DNA from: Antedon mediterranea | Taxonomy: Eukaryota > Animalia > Echinodermata | Direction of reading: 5' to 3' | Length of the DNA: 64,000 nucleotides | Assembly (NCBI RefSeq): GCF_964355755.1 | Contig: NC_092673.1 | Coordinates: 7,254,001 to 7,318,000 of the forward strand | Shown: in pieces, positions 11,801 to 24,659 of the stretch | Numbering within the stretch: the first letter of the stretch is position 1 | Layout of the letters: each line of letters opens with the position of its first letter | Translations under genes and position numbers: made by a program | The notes under the pieces: generated by a model | Told to the model about the DNA's origin: nothing | Databases searched by the model: none | What the model saw: the letters and a program-made list of their open reading frames with translations, nothing else

Positions 11801-14800
11801 AAATATAATGAACTAAGTTTCAGACTGGAGAGGCTCGGAATTGATTATCAGTAGAACTAGAAACAGTTACTATTTTTTTATTAAAATTTTTCAATGACCA
11901 CAACAAGCAATTTACAATATGTTAAAATTAGAGAAATTTTCATTTGTGAAATACTGTACCTGTATTGTTATGAAAAAAGTTATAAATCTTAATAAAAATC
12001 TTAGTTATTAAGAATGCTTTTTGTTTTTACTAAATTCATTTTTTGTGGCTTAATTTTATTCAGTTAATATAATAAATTCAATAATATTCTATTTTGAGTA
12101 TATTAATTTCAGTTTTTTCCCCAACTTCTATGGAAAAAATTGATTGATTGATTGTTTGAAATGTAAATTGCATTACCAGACTTTATAGCTGACTGTAATT
12201 TATCACCTACAGTACTGTGTGTAAAGTAAATAAATTACATGACATATATGGTTCATAATATAGGCATATACACTTGCTAATTAATGGCGAGATTATTCGT
12301 CCTAGAAAGTTGCAAGCCTGACTGAGCATCCCCTGGTTGGGGTGGCACATTTTTATGACGTTTTTTTAATGCAATTAAGTTGGTGTGAGTTTAGTTAGGT
12401 GTTTTTAATTCAAATAGTGACGTATTCATATGATTTAGATGTGTATTACACATAAATATAACACTAACAGTAACACATGGGTGAGGTCTTACTACCACTT
12501 TGGCTTACAGGCCTGAATAATCTTATTTTATTCTTAGTCTGTATACTAAGAAGTGGCATACTAGCAATGATATAATGTTTCTACAATTACTTGTGAATGA
12601 GAACCTATTTAGTATTATTGGTTTTTTTTTTTTTCACAATTGTACTATCAGGATTGATTTAAAGTGAATAAGCATTCCTAGACTAAGTCTTGCTTTAGGC
12701 TTAGGGAGTAAAGAAACAGTAGCGATTTACGACCCTAGCACTAGAACAGGATTAAAGTTAACCCAGGGATTATGGAAGGCAAACATGTTAAACAGTAAGC
12801 TACTGTACAGCTGTCAGTTGGAGGACATCTAGCCCCCACCTTCCCCCCCCCCCTCTCTCTCTCTGCCTTGATCCATCCCTTGATTGTAATTGAAATTTTA
12901 AAATATTTCCTATTTTCTGTTTTATAGATATTCTTGAAGTGATTAAGTCGGTGCGGAAGAATAAAGAATGGAGAGTATTGGTGGTGGACAAGCTTGGAAT
13001 GAGGATGATATCCTCCTGCTGCAAAATGCACAACCTGACAGAGAATGGAATCACCAGTGAGTTACAGTTGTACCTAAGGTTACTAACAGATGGCTTAAAA
13101 TGAATAATCCTGTCCGCAATTGATGTTTTAATTATGTAGCCTTAAGCTCTGTCTACACTATCATACTTTATGTGACAATTACATATGGACACGATGATGT
13201 CATACAGTATCACTACCATATTTGTTGTCAAAATAGTTGATGGTCTAGACTAGGCTTTACAAAGAGCAAACAAAATGAAGAAAAAAATAGAATAACTAGG
13301 CTAGGCCTATGGAATCTATTATTTGAACGGGACAAACTTAGTTTTTAAGTTGGAAATTAATGTACAGTGCAGTATGTTATCCTTATCATGTACATTTTGA
13401 ATCATTCACCTGTTCTGACAACACTAGTTCTTGCAGTGTATTTTAACATACATACAGTATGATTCTCTGCTATAGCTACACTGGTCCACAAGTGTAAACT
13501 TTAAATAGCTCCTTTTAAACACAAATACTGTATTAGTTATCAGTGATTTAGCAGAAATACTATGAAATAGTAATATTTTCAGCTCTTATACAAATCTTTA
13601 AAACTTGTGTTGCTTGTTTTTAGTTGTTGAAGATTTAGCTAAAAAGCGTGAACCACTGACAACAATGGAAGCCATATACCTGATACAACCAAATCAGAAT
13701 GTAAGTTATATTATTTCACTAAATAAAATTGTATTAAATCAGGATGAAATTAATAATATATTATTTCATTTATTTTTGTCAGAAAAGAACAAATACATTA
13801 CAAAAACAAAAGAAAAGAGTTCAAAATCCAAATGACTGGTTAACCAAAAAGCGAAATGAATCACTATCAAGTGGCGAGCACCAAAAGGAAAAATTATACA
13901 AATACAATAAAAATTCCTAATAAAACATTTAAAATCTAAATATATGTCTTTTTAAGCTATTATAAATAAACAAACATTAAAAATCTAGGAATAAAAAGGT
14001 TTATATTTTTTGACTTGCATATAGATATTTAAGACTCTTGATAAAATGTTTAAAATCTATGAATAATTCGCCGTGAACATCAACAGGTAACAAATCCCAA
14101 AATCAAAGTTTTCATTCTAGAACAGTAGAGTACTATTTTTATACAGTATGGTCATTTCCTCTACGATAAACTTCCTACAGTAGGAGTGCTTGATTTATTT
14201 ATTTGTTTTGCTAATACTGTATGTCTATTACCTCATACTGTACAGTACCTGCTATGATGATGTTGATAATCGCTAAAATCATTACATTTTTTCCCCTCAG
14301 TCTGTTGATATACTGAAGAAAGACTTTGAAAGCATTCGTAGCCTACAATACAGGCTTGCACATGTCTTCTTCACAGAAGGTAAATTTAGTAGTAATAAAT
14401 TAAAAGATCTTCTTTGGTAAGCAAATATTCAGGGGTCACCACTATTAAAAGACACATTTTCATTACAACCCTACTCTATGTGGACACTTGAGTGTTGGGT
14501 CATGAAGGGGTTTAATAAGGTATTTTACTGAATCCATGGAAATATTCATTTTTTACCTAATTTCAAAAAATCCATGTGTAAGGTTGGTCATTTCTGTAGA
14601 CAAACTCTATACATGTATGTGTTAAAGGACAACCATATTTTGACAAAGTATTAGGGATGTACCTATGATTTCGCCGAGCGCTCTTGCCAAATGAGTTTTC
14701 ACTGTTTTTTTTAGCTTGTCCTGATGACTTGTTTACTGATATCTGTAGAAGTCCTGCATCAAAGTTCATCAAAACTTTAAAGGAAATCAACATTGCTTTT

Positions 14801-17800
14801 CTTCCATGTGAAGCTAAGGTAAAAGTATACAGTAGGACCCCTTCTTCTGTATTCCTCTATTCAGGGAATATCCCTATTATTATGGGACAATTTCCTGTGA
14901 AACGAACAAGGAGCCATGTGTTTCTACCCTTCGGCCAAACTCTATTCAGAGGACACCCCTAATAAGTGAACACTTGGGTCAAAGACACTTTTTCATGTTT
15001 TTTTTTCATAGCACCCTCGGCTCACACTAACAAAAATATTGTTTCGCCAATAAACATAGGCCTAGCTTTTTGAGGCATTATGGCTGAGATGCCAATGATA
15101 CAAATGAGATGCAATAACACTAATATTAAGGAGTACATTTTGTTAGGTCCCCATCCTGAAGATGTCCCCTTAATACAGGTTCTATTGTAAATGTATCATG
15201 CGCAACATTTATCCAATAATCTTGCCTCAGGCTTAAATGGGTTTAAATGAAATTCGAAATTATTTTGGGTATTTTTTTTTTTTATATAGATTTTCTCTTT
15301 AGACAATCCAAGCAGTTTCAGCACACTGTACAACCCAGCCAAGACTAGCCATTGTGCTAGCACTTTGGAGAAACTAGCCGCACAAATCGCCACGCTCTGC
15401 TCAACTCTTGGTGAGTATCCAAGTGTGCGTATACGAGGAGAGTTTGAGCACAATGCTGAGCTTGGACACATCATACAATCAAAGCTGGATGCTTACAAAG
15501 CTGACGACCCCACCATGGGAGAGGTAGATCTTTTTTAATTATTTACTGTCTGGACATTTTTATGTCTCTTTTTCTTATTTTGCTAGCATTGCGAATAGAA
15601 ATCATCCAAACATGCCATTCTCAAATTTGTAAAAATAATTATTGTCTGTTTAAACTTCATTACTAACTGTATATTTTTTTTTTCTCTATATTTATGTATG
15701 TATGATTCTTATAAATTATTCAATAAGTAGAAATGATTGGGCGTATGAATGTAGGTATTTGTTTATATTAAAAATAAAAACATACTCTTGATTTCAATTC
15801 TCTTTAAATGAATAAATATTACATTTGTGGCACTTTAGTAAACAATATGAAATTGATTGTAAATGAAAATATTGATTATGATATTAATATTACTGCTTTG
15901 TTTTTCTTTTAGGGAGTTGACAAACATCGTTCACAGCTGCTGATCATCGACAGAGGATTTGACCCCGTGTCACCACTTCTTCATGAGCTTACTTTCCAGG
16001 CTATGGCATATGATCTGCTCCAGATTGAAAATGATGTGTACAAGTAAGAGATTATGTCAAAATTATTGTACTGCAGATACTGCAGTACCTACATTGTTTT
16101 ACTGATATTGAATGATTGTTTCAATGTATATGTTTATGAGGTAGTCACTCCAATAAACATAATGTACATATATTATCTTTAGTAAGTGAACCAAATCCAA
16201 TTTCATATAGTATGTTTAAAAATATTGTAATTTCTGTTCAGAATATACCAAGGATGACACAAGAAACTGAACTAACAAGGGTAGAGGCATTAGCTTGAGA
16301 CAGCTATCTTATTTTGTGCTATTAAGCAAGAAGCTAAGTCTCTCATTGCACCCCCCATAGTGGTTTAATGCACTTATAATAATGATATTGAAATTCTTTT
16401 AAAGGTATGAAGCGCCCTCACCAGACATGCCAGACAAGGAAGTATTGTTGGATGACAATGATGAATTGTGGGTAGAGCTGCGTCACCAGCATATTGCTGT
16501 TGTATCTCAGTAAGTTGATACAGTATTGAAGATGACAATGATCACACTAGTAGGATATAGGATCCAGTGATGATGAGTGACCACATAGGAGTATGACAAT
16601 GACCACGATAGTAGGATACAGGATCCAATGATGATGAGTGACCACATAGGAATATGACAATGACCACGATAGTCATCCAATGATGATGAGTGACCACGAT
16701 AGTAGAATATATGATCCTAGGATGATGAGTGACCACATAGGAGTATGACAATGACCACGATAGTAGAATATATGATCCTAGGATGATGAGTGACCACATA
16801 GGAGTATGACAATGACCACAATAGTAGGATATATGATCCTAGGATGATGAGTGACCACATAGGAGTATGACAATGACCACAATAGTAGGATATATGATCC
16901 TAGGATGATGAGTGACCACATAGGAGTATGACAATGACCACAATAGTAGGATATATGATCCTAGGATGATGAGTGACCACATAGGAGTATGACAATGACC
17001 ACGATAGTAGGATATATGATCCTAGGATTATGAGTGACCATGTAGGAGTATGACAATGACCACGATAGTAGGATATATGATCCTAGGATGATGAGTGACC
17101 ACATAGGAGTATGACAATGACCACGATAGTAGGATATATGATCCTAGAATGATGAGTGACCACATAGGAGTATGACAATGACCACGATAGTAGGATATAT
17201 GATCCTAGGATGATGAGTGACCATGTAGGAGTATGACAATGACCACGATAGTAGGATATATGATCCTAGGATGATGAGTGACCACATAGGAATATGACAA
17301 TGACCACGATAGTAGGATATATGATCCTAGGATGATGAGTGACCATGTAGGAGTATGACAATGACCACGATAGTAGGATATAGGATCCTAGCATGAATAT
17401 CCTCTATGAATATATATTTATTATCTGTTTTTTTCCCATCAAGGGAGGTGACATCAAAGTTAAAGAAGTTTGCTGTTGATAAACGAATGAAATGTAAAGA
17501 AGATAAGGTAACATTTATTTAATTGTTTTGTACTTAAAATATATAATTTTATTTTATACTAGAGAAGAAATTCCTGGCCTCGAGTACCTCTTCCCCACCC
17601 TACTTCACTCCACCAGCTTTAAACTTTCCCAGTACAAATTCTGGTCAAGTAGATACCACATCAATCCTAACCCACAAACCCTTTGTGGCTGTTTTCAAAT
17701 GTAATGTGTAGAATTTTGGACACCAGTTTGTCCGCTCAAATGTTCAAATTGCATATAAACATTCCCAGTACAAATTGCAGTCATTTTGATACGCCATTTT

Positions 17801-20800
17801 TATAAATCCATGCTGTAGGATAAAAAACTGTATAATAATGTGTATAATAAAAAACTTTCTCTCTTAGTCATATTCTATAGTTAATGGACTGTTTTTCAAT
17901 ATTTATAAAAATGTATTCGCATTTATTTCAGACTAGTGTCAGAGACTTATCAGTGATGTTGAAAAAGATGCCTCAGTATCAGAAGGAATTACGAGTGGTA
18001 AATGTTTATTTTAAGGACATTAAATCATTTCATAAAACATCATTTCAGTTCAAATGTCTATCAACTGTCATCTAACACTACATTTTTTACATATACTTAA
18101 ATAGAAAGAAGTAGGGCCTGTTTCTCCTTCAAAAAAAAAATTATTATGACCGTATGAATAAATTACCCCAATTTCTATACAGCAGAAACGGGACAAACTT
18201 TTAATAACCAGTGAAGTGACATCAAGTGTATCATATTACACGAATTATTTATGGAAAAAGAGCATGTTACTCCGCAAACGAGAGCTTAATTGATTATTAC
18301 TTTTATTATATTTTATAAGTATTCAACTCAGTTGCGATTGGCTGAAGACTGTATGACCAAGTTCAAAGGTAACGTGGAAAAACTTTGCCGTGTGGAGCAG
18401 GATTTGGCTATGGGAACAGACTCTGAGGGAGAAAAAATCCGTGACCACATGAGAAGTATTGTTCCAATTTTACTGGACCAAAACATAACTTCAATGGATA
18501 AGATTCGCATTATTTTGCTATACATCATTGGCAAAAATGGTAGGTATTTATTTTAATTAAATTTCCACCCAGACAATTACCATCCAGACAATTACCACCT
18601 AGACCCATTAGAGCACTACACTTTGTTCATTTTAATTTATTTCTTAAGGAATCAGTGAGGAGAATCTTGCTAAGTTAATACAACATGCCCAGATTCCTGA
18701 GCCAGAGAAGAATATTGTGACCAACATGAAACGTCTGGGTGTACAGGTCATATATGATGTAAGTGCTTATCGAAAAATACTAGCACCCTTTTACACTATT
18801 TTTATGTATTCACTTGCTAATCAAACACTTGTACCCTTTTCACACTATTGTCAATATAATTATAGCCAATGTAGCCTCTTTGTATTGACTCGTATTAAAT
18901 TTGTTAACATTTTCACAGCCAAAATTCCGGAAGCCTAAAACGATAGAACGAAAAGAACGTGTTTCGGAACACACTTATCAGCTTTCACGTTGGTCACCTT
19001 TGATTAAGGACATAATGGAGGTAATTCTTTTTTTTTTATAAATCAAACTAATTTATTTCTGAAGCAGAATATGTAATGATACTATAGGCACTGTGTGTTG
19101 AATTAATAATAACATCCATAGTATCATGGATATAAAGCTAGGATCGCAGTACAAAAATAAATACTGATGAATATTGTCCGACAAGAAATTGAATCATCAA
19201 TGTCGCAATGAATGCGAAGCATGAAACATTGTTGAATATACGTCTATATGCTTACATGGTAGGTTACCACTTGTGACGTGCAATGTTAAGTTCTTATGAA
19301 ACTTTCAACCAATATGTTATGTCTACGTCCTTGCAATGCATCCTAGTGGAAACCAAGCTTATGTCGAAAACTGTGTAAGTGCCACAAGCAACTCAATGCA
19401 ACTGTGACTAGTTACAATCAGTTTATGCCGACCTAAGCGTTTGTACACTGAATCGTTTCACTTCAGTTTGACAATTTGCTCAGCTAAATGTATCCCTATG
19501 AAATTTTAATGGCAATTCCCCTCACCTCATCAATGTTGATTAGTATGTAAAACCATGCCTTTATTGTAACCCAATTAAAGATTCAATTTAATCAGAAGTT
19601 ATTTGATTTGTATTTTACCAGGATGCCTGTAATGACAAGTTGGATCAGAAATTGTTCCCATATCTGTCGGGTAAACCAGCATCATCCGGTCACAGTTCAT
19701 CTGGTACCAGAAGGTTAGCTACTTTATTATCTATCATATAACTAAAATTTGTTTTATAAATGTAGTAAAAAATAAGTAAAATACAGAGTTGTTCCATTTC
19801 ATTTTGTGTGGACATTGCTATTGGTATCAAATGGCAAAAAAGGTTTTTTTTTTGTAACATGATTTGCTAGTATTATACAAATAATGAATGTTTATGAGTG
19901 CAATGGTACAAATAATGGCACGAGGTGAATGATGAAAGGTTATATCAACGAGGCAAAGCCGAGTTGATATAACCTTTCATCATTCACCAAGTGCCATTAT
20001 TTGTACCATTACACGAATACAAAACATTCATTATTTGTTTTATATAACATCTAGACGTTTTTTTTTCGTACACAAAAATGTTTCAAAAAGTACTATTTAA
20101 CGATCGTTGAATAGTGCGTACTATTGCACGCCATGTGACCCACATTCGTCCAATCAAATGACAGGAATTTATATAGGTGTTATATAAAATTTTATATATA
20201 GTGGGCCAATATTCTATTAAAAAGATCTAGTTAGACAATTTACTGTGAGTATTATGTAGGTTTTTTAGAACCAATGCACTATTTGTTGAATATTGCTGAG
20301 AGTAGCATTTAAATACTTTTGACCTAAAGAGAGAAACAAATCAATAATAATAATGGTTCACAAAATGTCAATGCTGCCAATTGTAGCACTCTCTCGTCTG
20401 TCCAAGACAGTGACTGTATATATCCAATATACACAAAAGCATTTTGTGTATATTAAAACTGGTTTATAGTCCATATCCGTAAAGACTCATTCTTCAGTGA
20501 GCCTTGAACAATTGTCGATGTTATGGCTTACGGTTACACTTTCTTAACTGCTCGGCCACTGAATGTGTCAAAATTTTTACAGCACTTCTGTTTGTAAAAT
20601 TCACAGAACTTATCTGTATCACTAATAAAAGCAACCGATTTTAACACATTTCTATTAATATTGTCAGTTATGTAATGTTGAGTGATTTCTTTATTTACAG
20701 TGCAAGATATGGGCATTGGTCAAAAGGTCCAAGCCGTTCAGAACATCGCAGCGGCCCACGTTTGATTGTATTCATTCTTGGTGGTATGACTTACTCTGAG

Positions 20801-22237
20801 ATGCGTTCTGCTTACGAGGTCTGTAGAGAGTTTAACACATGGGAAATCTACATGGGTAAGATATTTCATTTGCCTCTACTATTCGTCCGATGATACTCAT
20901 ATGCCTTTTTCTTGCACTATAATACTCTATTACTTTTATTATTTTTCTCTCACTATTATACTCGTAATATAACACTCGTACTATAACATTCATACTATAA
21001 CACTCGTACTGTAACATTCGTACTATAACATTCATACTATGATTTTCATACTCTAATACTCTCACTGTTATACTCTTACTATAACACTCGTACTGTAACA
21101 CTCGTACTGTAACACTCGTACTGTAACACTCGTACTGTAACACTCGTACTGTAACACTCGTACTGTAAAACACGTTGTGTAACACACGTTGTGTAACACA
21201 CGTACTGTAACACTCGTATTATAACACTTTTACTAAAATACTCTCATTATTATTCTCTCACTGTAACACTCGTACTGTAACACTCGTACTGTAACACACG
21301 TACTGTAACACTCGTACTGTAACACTCGTACCGTAACACTCGTACCGTAACACACGTACCGTAACACTCGTACCGTAACACTCGTACCGTAACACTCGTA
21401 TTATAACACTTTTACTATAATACTCTCATTATTATTCTCTCACTATTATATTTGTACTATAACACTCATACTATAACACTCTTACTGTAACACTCGTACT
21501 GTAACACTTCGTGCTATAAGACTCATGCTGTAACACTCGTACTGTAACACTCATACTGTAACACTTCGTACTATAACACTCATACTATAACACTCGTACT
21601 GTAACACTTTGTGCTGTAAGACTCATGCTATAATTCACAAATCATGTACTTGCACTATAATAGTGGATTATGCAAGAGTTGACTTACCTGAATTATAATC
21701 TAGATTATGCTGTGATATGCATAATGATTCAAGCCGAAGGAAGACGAAGTATAATATTCATACTATAAAACTCAAACTGTATAACTAACTAACAGTGTGA
21801 GTGAGTGGCCAAGCGGTTAAGACAGTGGAACCGTAATTACGTAGCCATAACATCGGCAGGGGTTCAAGGCTCACTCACTCCATGGTTCTGGTGGTAGAAC
21901 GAGTCTTCTCGGATAAGGACTATAAACCGTAGGTCCAGTGTACACATCTAGCTCGTGTGCACTTTAAAGAACCTAGTACATCTTTCGAGACGAGTAGGGG
22001 GTTACCCCGGTGTATTAGTACATCACAGCCACTGATTACCAACTGGGCCCTCTGGGAGACCAGTCTTTGACTGAAGAGGTTGCCTAGTATAAATATAAAT
22101 TTCAAATTTCAATCAACACTTGTATTATAATAACTGACAATTTAATTGATTTATTCCCTTTTTTTCTTTCAGGCTCAACACACATGATCACACCAGAAAA
22201 CTTTCTGTCAGAGCTGTGTGACTTAAGCAACAGTTGA
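8828..22237 (+). CDS. STXBP1: Sec1/Munc18 (SM) family syntaxin-binding protein 1-like (unc-18/Rop), 16 exons, 586 aa
   Basis: join(8828..8855,12928..13056,13624..13700,14301..14379,14715..14818,15290..15523,15913..16043,16405..16509,17444..17507,17932..17997,18320..18539,18649..18758,18919..19020,19622..19713,20701..20855,22173..22237) = 1761 nt; all introns GT-AG and phases consistent. Peptides [100 protein letters not shown]. Confidence 0.97.
12928..13056 (+). CDS. STXBP1: Munc18/STXBP1-like exon 2
   Basis: [42 protein letters not shown]. Confidence 0.93.
13145..13256. mobile_element. MITE family B copy
   Basis: Left TIR AGCTCTGTCTACACTATCA, degenerate right TIR, TTA on both flanks. Confidence 0.7.
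13624..13700 (+). CDS. STXBP1: Munc18/STXBP1-like exon 3
   Basis: [25 protein letters not shown]. Confidence 0.95.
14301..14379 (+). CDS. STXBP1: Munc18/STXBP1-like exon 4
   Basis: [26 protein letters not shown]. Confidence 0.95.
14715..14818 (+). CDS. STXBP1: Munc18/STXBP1-like exon 5
   Basis: [34 protein letters not shown]. Confidence 0.95.
14830..15187. mobile_element. Tc1/mariner (Tigger/pogo-like) MITE, degenerate
   Basis: TA|CAGTAGGACC...GGTTCTATTG|TA ends with internal CCTCTATT-AGGGACAC repeats; related fragments at ~14430, ~34530, ~37120, ~44460, ~49550. Confidence 0.55.
15290..15523 (+). CDS. STXBP1: Munc18/STXBP1-like exon 6
   Basis: IFSLDNP...[16 protein letters not shown]...[14 protein letters not shown]. 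Confidence 0.95.
15913..16043 (+). CDS. STXBP1: Munc18/STXBP1-like exon 7
   Basis: [43 protein letters not shown]. Confidence 0.97.
16405..16509 (+). CDS. STXBP1: Munc18/STXBP1-like exon 8
   Basis: [34 protein letters not shown]. Confidence 0.95.
16532..17395. repeat. Intronic minisatellite, 61-bp unit, ~14 copies
   Basis: Unit GACCACATAGGAGTATGACAATGACCACGATAGTAGGATATATGATCCTAGGATGATGAGT starts at 16731, 16792, 16853, 16914, 16975... Confidence 0.95.
17444..17507 (+). CDS. STXBP1: Munc18/STXBP1-like exon 9
   Basis: [21 protein letters not shown]. Confidence 0.92.
17932..17997 (+). CDS. STXBP1: Munc18/STXBP1-like exon 10
   Basis: [22 protein letters not shown]. Confidence 0.95.
18320..18539 (+). 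CDS. STXBP1: Munc18/STXBP1-like exon 11
   Basis: [12 protein letters not shown]...[18 protein letters not shown]...[14 protein letters not shown]. Confidence 0.96.
18649..18758 (+). CDS. STXBP1: Munc18/STXBP1-like exon 12
   Basis: [36 protein letters not shown]. Confidence 0.95.
18919..19020 (+). CDS. STXBP1: Munc18/STXBP1-like exon 13
   Basis: [34 protein letters not shown]. Confidence 0.95.
19622..19713 (+). CDS. STXBP1: Munc18/STXBP1-like exon 14
   Basis: [30 protein letters not shown]. Confidence 0.93.
19872..20187. mobile_element. Foldback non-autonomous element with a long internal hairpin (Crypton-like; class assignment is inference)
   Basis: ~73-bp inverted arms 19877-19949 / 19963-20038 around GAGGCAAAGCCGA; downstream CCAATCA motif and TTATATAA end. 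Confidence 0.6.
20701..20855 (+). CDS. STXBP1: Munc18/STXBP1-like exon 15
   Basis: [51 protein letters not shown]. Confidence 0.96.
20915..21635. repeat. Intronic minisatellite, 14-bp unit (CTGTAACACTCGTA)n with variants
   Basis: Near-perfect runs at ~21080-21165 and ~21261-21400 with degenerate flanks. Confidence 0.95.
21795..22113 (+). mobile_element. tRNA-headed SINE with Deu/Nin-type central domain, apparently full length
   Basis: Pol III A box TGGCCAAGCGG (21806-21816) and B box GGTTCAAGGC (21861-21870). Core GTCTTCTCGGATAAGGACTATAAACCGTAGGTCC...TTAAAGAACC...GAGTAGGGGGTTACCCCGGTG resembles the DeuSINE domain (recalled from the zebrafish SINE3/AmnSINE1 consensus). Short repeat tail. Confidence 0.8.
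22173..22237 (+). CDS. STXBP1: Munc18/STXBP1-like exon 16 (terminal)
   Basis: [20 protein letters not shown]. Confidence 0.95.
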
Positions 22238-23131
22238 ACATTTACCAATCATGAACCATGATTCTGACCAATCACCTTCATTGGTTTTCTAAATTGTATC
22301 TTTCAAATCCACCAATCAAAAGATGATTTACCACCTTATCATATGGTGTATATTACATACATATATATAAATATATACACATTTATTTATGAATAATTCT
22401 AATTATTAACAAAATTGCATTTTCGTTATTCCTCTCTCTTCCATTCCAGTTTTTATTTACTATTTATAGTTGTTCTATGAATAATTTTGTTATATTAAAC
22501 TCTTTATTATATTATAATGTTTAATGACTTTAATAGTACAGTAATTAATTATATTTCTTTGTTATATTATAATATAGTATTATAATTTTAAATCTTTCAT
22601 GTTATTGCATAATATTGACACATTGAGCCATTTTTACATGTCGATGATTTATTCACAATGATTAACGAAAACTACTATTGTAGCCATGAGTGAAGGACGT
22701 GATTGGCTGAATTCATTCCAGTATTAAATATGCGTTGGATTGGTTCTATGTGTCATTAACTGTTAGTTTTAGTATTTTGATTAAACTAGATAATGTAGTC
22801 TATTATTGACTATTATATAAGAGCTATGATTTTAGACCAGTTAAACTTAATGTGCAATAGTCTTCTAATATAAGAATGTTCTGTACCATTAATATACTGA
22901 TTATACGATGTGTTCTTATATTTTTCTCTTCATATGTAATTCTAAGAATTGATAATCTTTGTTAAAAATGACTAATTGCAACAGTACGTAGTAATAAGTA
23001 GTCCTGTTTTTTCTTATTTGCCAATGATTTTGTAGTCTAAATAAGATGTTTGATACTTGTATGTAAGTGTAAGCAAATGTTATATGGACAGAAAGTTTTA
23101 GTTTTATTCTCTTAATAGACCACCTGTTAGA

Positions 23132-23325
23132 TGTGCTGTATCATGTCTAGTGACAATAAACAACCTGCAGTATCATGTCTGCTGCCACATGGACTACTGT
23201 GGGACTGAGAGAGTATTTAAAGGGTTGGTGTAAGTTGATATTTAGTTTTTATGGATGTGCCTGTTGCTGTCAGCAGACACGATACTGCAGGAATGTTATT
23301 GTCACTAGACATGATACGGTACACA
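23132..23325. repeat. Inverted repeat (probable MITE) in the putative Munc18 3' UTR
   Basis: ~47-bp arms 23138-23184 / 23271-23317 with few mismatches. Confidence 0.8.
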
Positions 23326-24477
23326 AATCGGCTGTCATTTAAACTGCTTTCTTTGTACTTCTATAGTATATAAATATTATAATACGCAGATGGAAATATT
23401 AACACGTATAGAAAAAATTGTTTCCTATACAGTAACAAAGAACACTGTTACACAATCATCTCACTTTAATACGACATAGAACTGAATTTTGCTAGAAAGT
23501 CATGAAAAATTAACTTATAAACCCTTTCATTGCAATTGACAGGGATAGTAAGCATCGTAAAGGTTCCAATTACTTTAAAAAATGAATGAAATATCAATAC
23601 ATGGATATTAGTATACAGTATGTGAAAAAAGGTATGCAGGTTTTGGTTAAAAGTACTTTATAAATGAGTACTCACTATGTAAATTATTATATAAATACAC
23701 AAGTGATTGAGAAATGTTTTTCGTGATGAGAAAAGAAAGCTCTTGTATTAAAAGCAATACTTTAAATGTTCTTAATATTGGTTAAGGCATGTTATTGTTT
23801 ATATACTGTTGCTGTATAGAAAAATGTATATGTATATACTCAAAATAATATAGTAAATTGTACTAGTCTCCTTTTAGAATAGCGTATTATATGCTTGTAA
23901 CTGTGTTCTACAACTGACAAATATTGATCCGATATATAATTGTAAACTCTACAAATATATAATAGTAATGTTTAATTTTTACATTTACTTTATTCAAAAT
24001 ATATTAACAATATTATTGATTGATGTTATTTTTTCATTTGTTTTGAGAACATTTATGTAATTTCCTCATTAAAAGTTTGACTTGTGTATAGTTTCATTAG
24101 AACAATTTATATGGAAACACAATTCATAGATTTTAGGTATTAAATTGTAGTAAAAATTCAAATATTTAAGTTCAAAGGTTAACATAAATAGAATATATTG
24201 TCTTATATTGTTAGTATAGTGTCAAGTCACAGAAACTGTATATTTTAATCGTGACCTAATCACATTTTTCCAACAGCATTTCTTCAAATATTCATAACTT
24301 GTATTCCACATGTGGAACAGTTAAATCACTTTATGAATATGCAAATTATATATTTGAATATCTGCTTATATGCAGATTTTTTTTTTAATATTGATCTTTG
24401 AATAATTATGAGATAAATGAATTTTTGAAGAGGTGTTTTTCAGTAGTTTGTCAAAACCCATTTTCGCAAATTTAGCT

Positions 24478-24659
24478 CAGGAGTGGCGGAGCTAGTTAAG
24501 CGGCCCAGTACCAATATGTGAACGTACTATTTCCGAGCATTTAGATGTGTAAATTTGACCAGATTTTCTTACCTCAACAAAAAGGGCAAACTTGTTTGGG
24601 CTGAGGTTTTTGGAGACTCCTCATGCTGTTCCAATCGATAAATGCCTCCGCCACTCCTT
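24478..24659. mobile_element. Small MITE with hAT-like TIRs
   Basis: AGGAGTGGCGGAG ... CTCCGCCACTCCT perfect 13-bp inverted repeat; no clear TSD. Confidence 0.6.

Noticed and set aside
15196-15474. Minus-strand ORFs over Munc18 exons (also 12741..13054, 14563..14793, 18328..18534)
   Set aside because: Antisense shadows of real plus-strand exons.
16532-17395. Regular array resembling a CRISPR locus, and the 16542..16799 ORF
   Set aside because: No unique spacers and no cas genes; it lies in a eukaryotic intron and is a plain minisatellite.
20832-21185. 117-aa minus-strand ORF
   Set aside because: Translation of the 14-bp minisatellite.
21795-21882. tRNA gene
   Set aside because: A and B boxes are present, but the cloverleaf is imperfect, there is no oligo-T terminator, and it continues into a SINE body.
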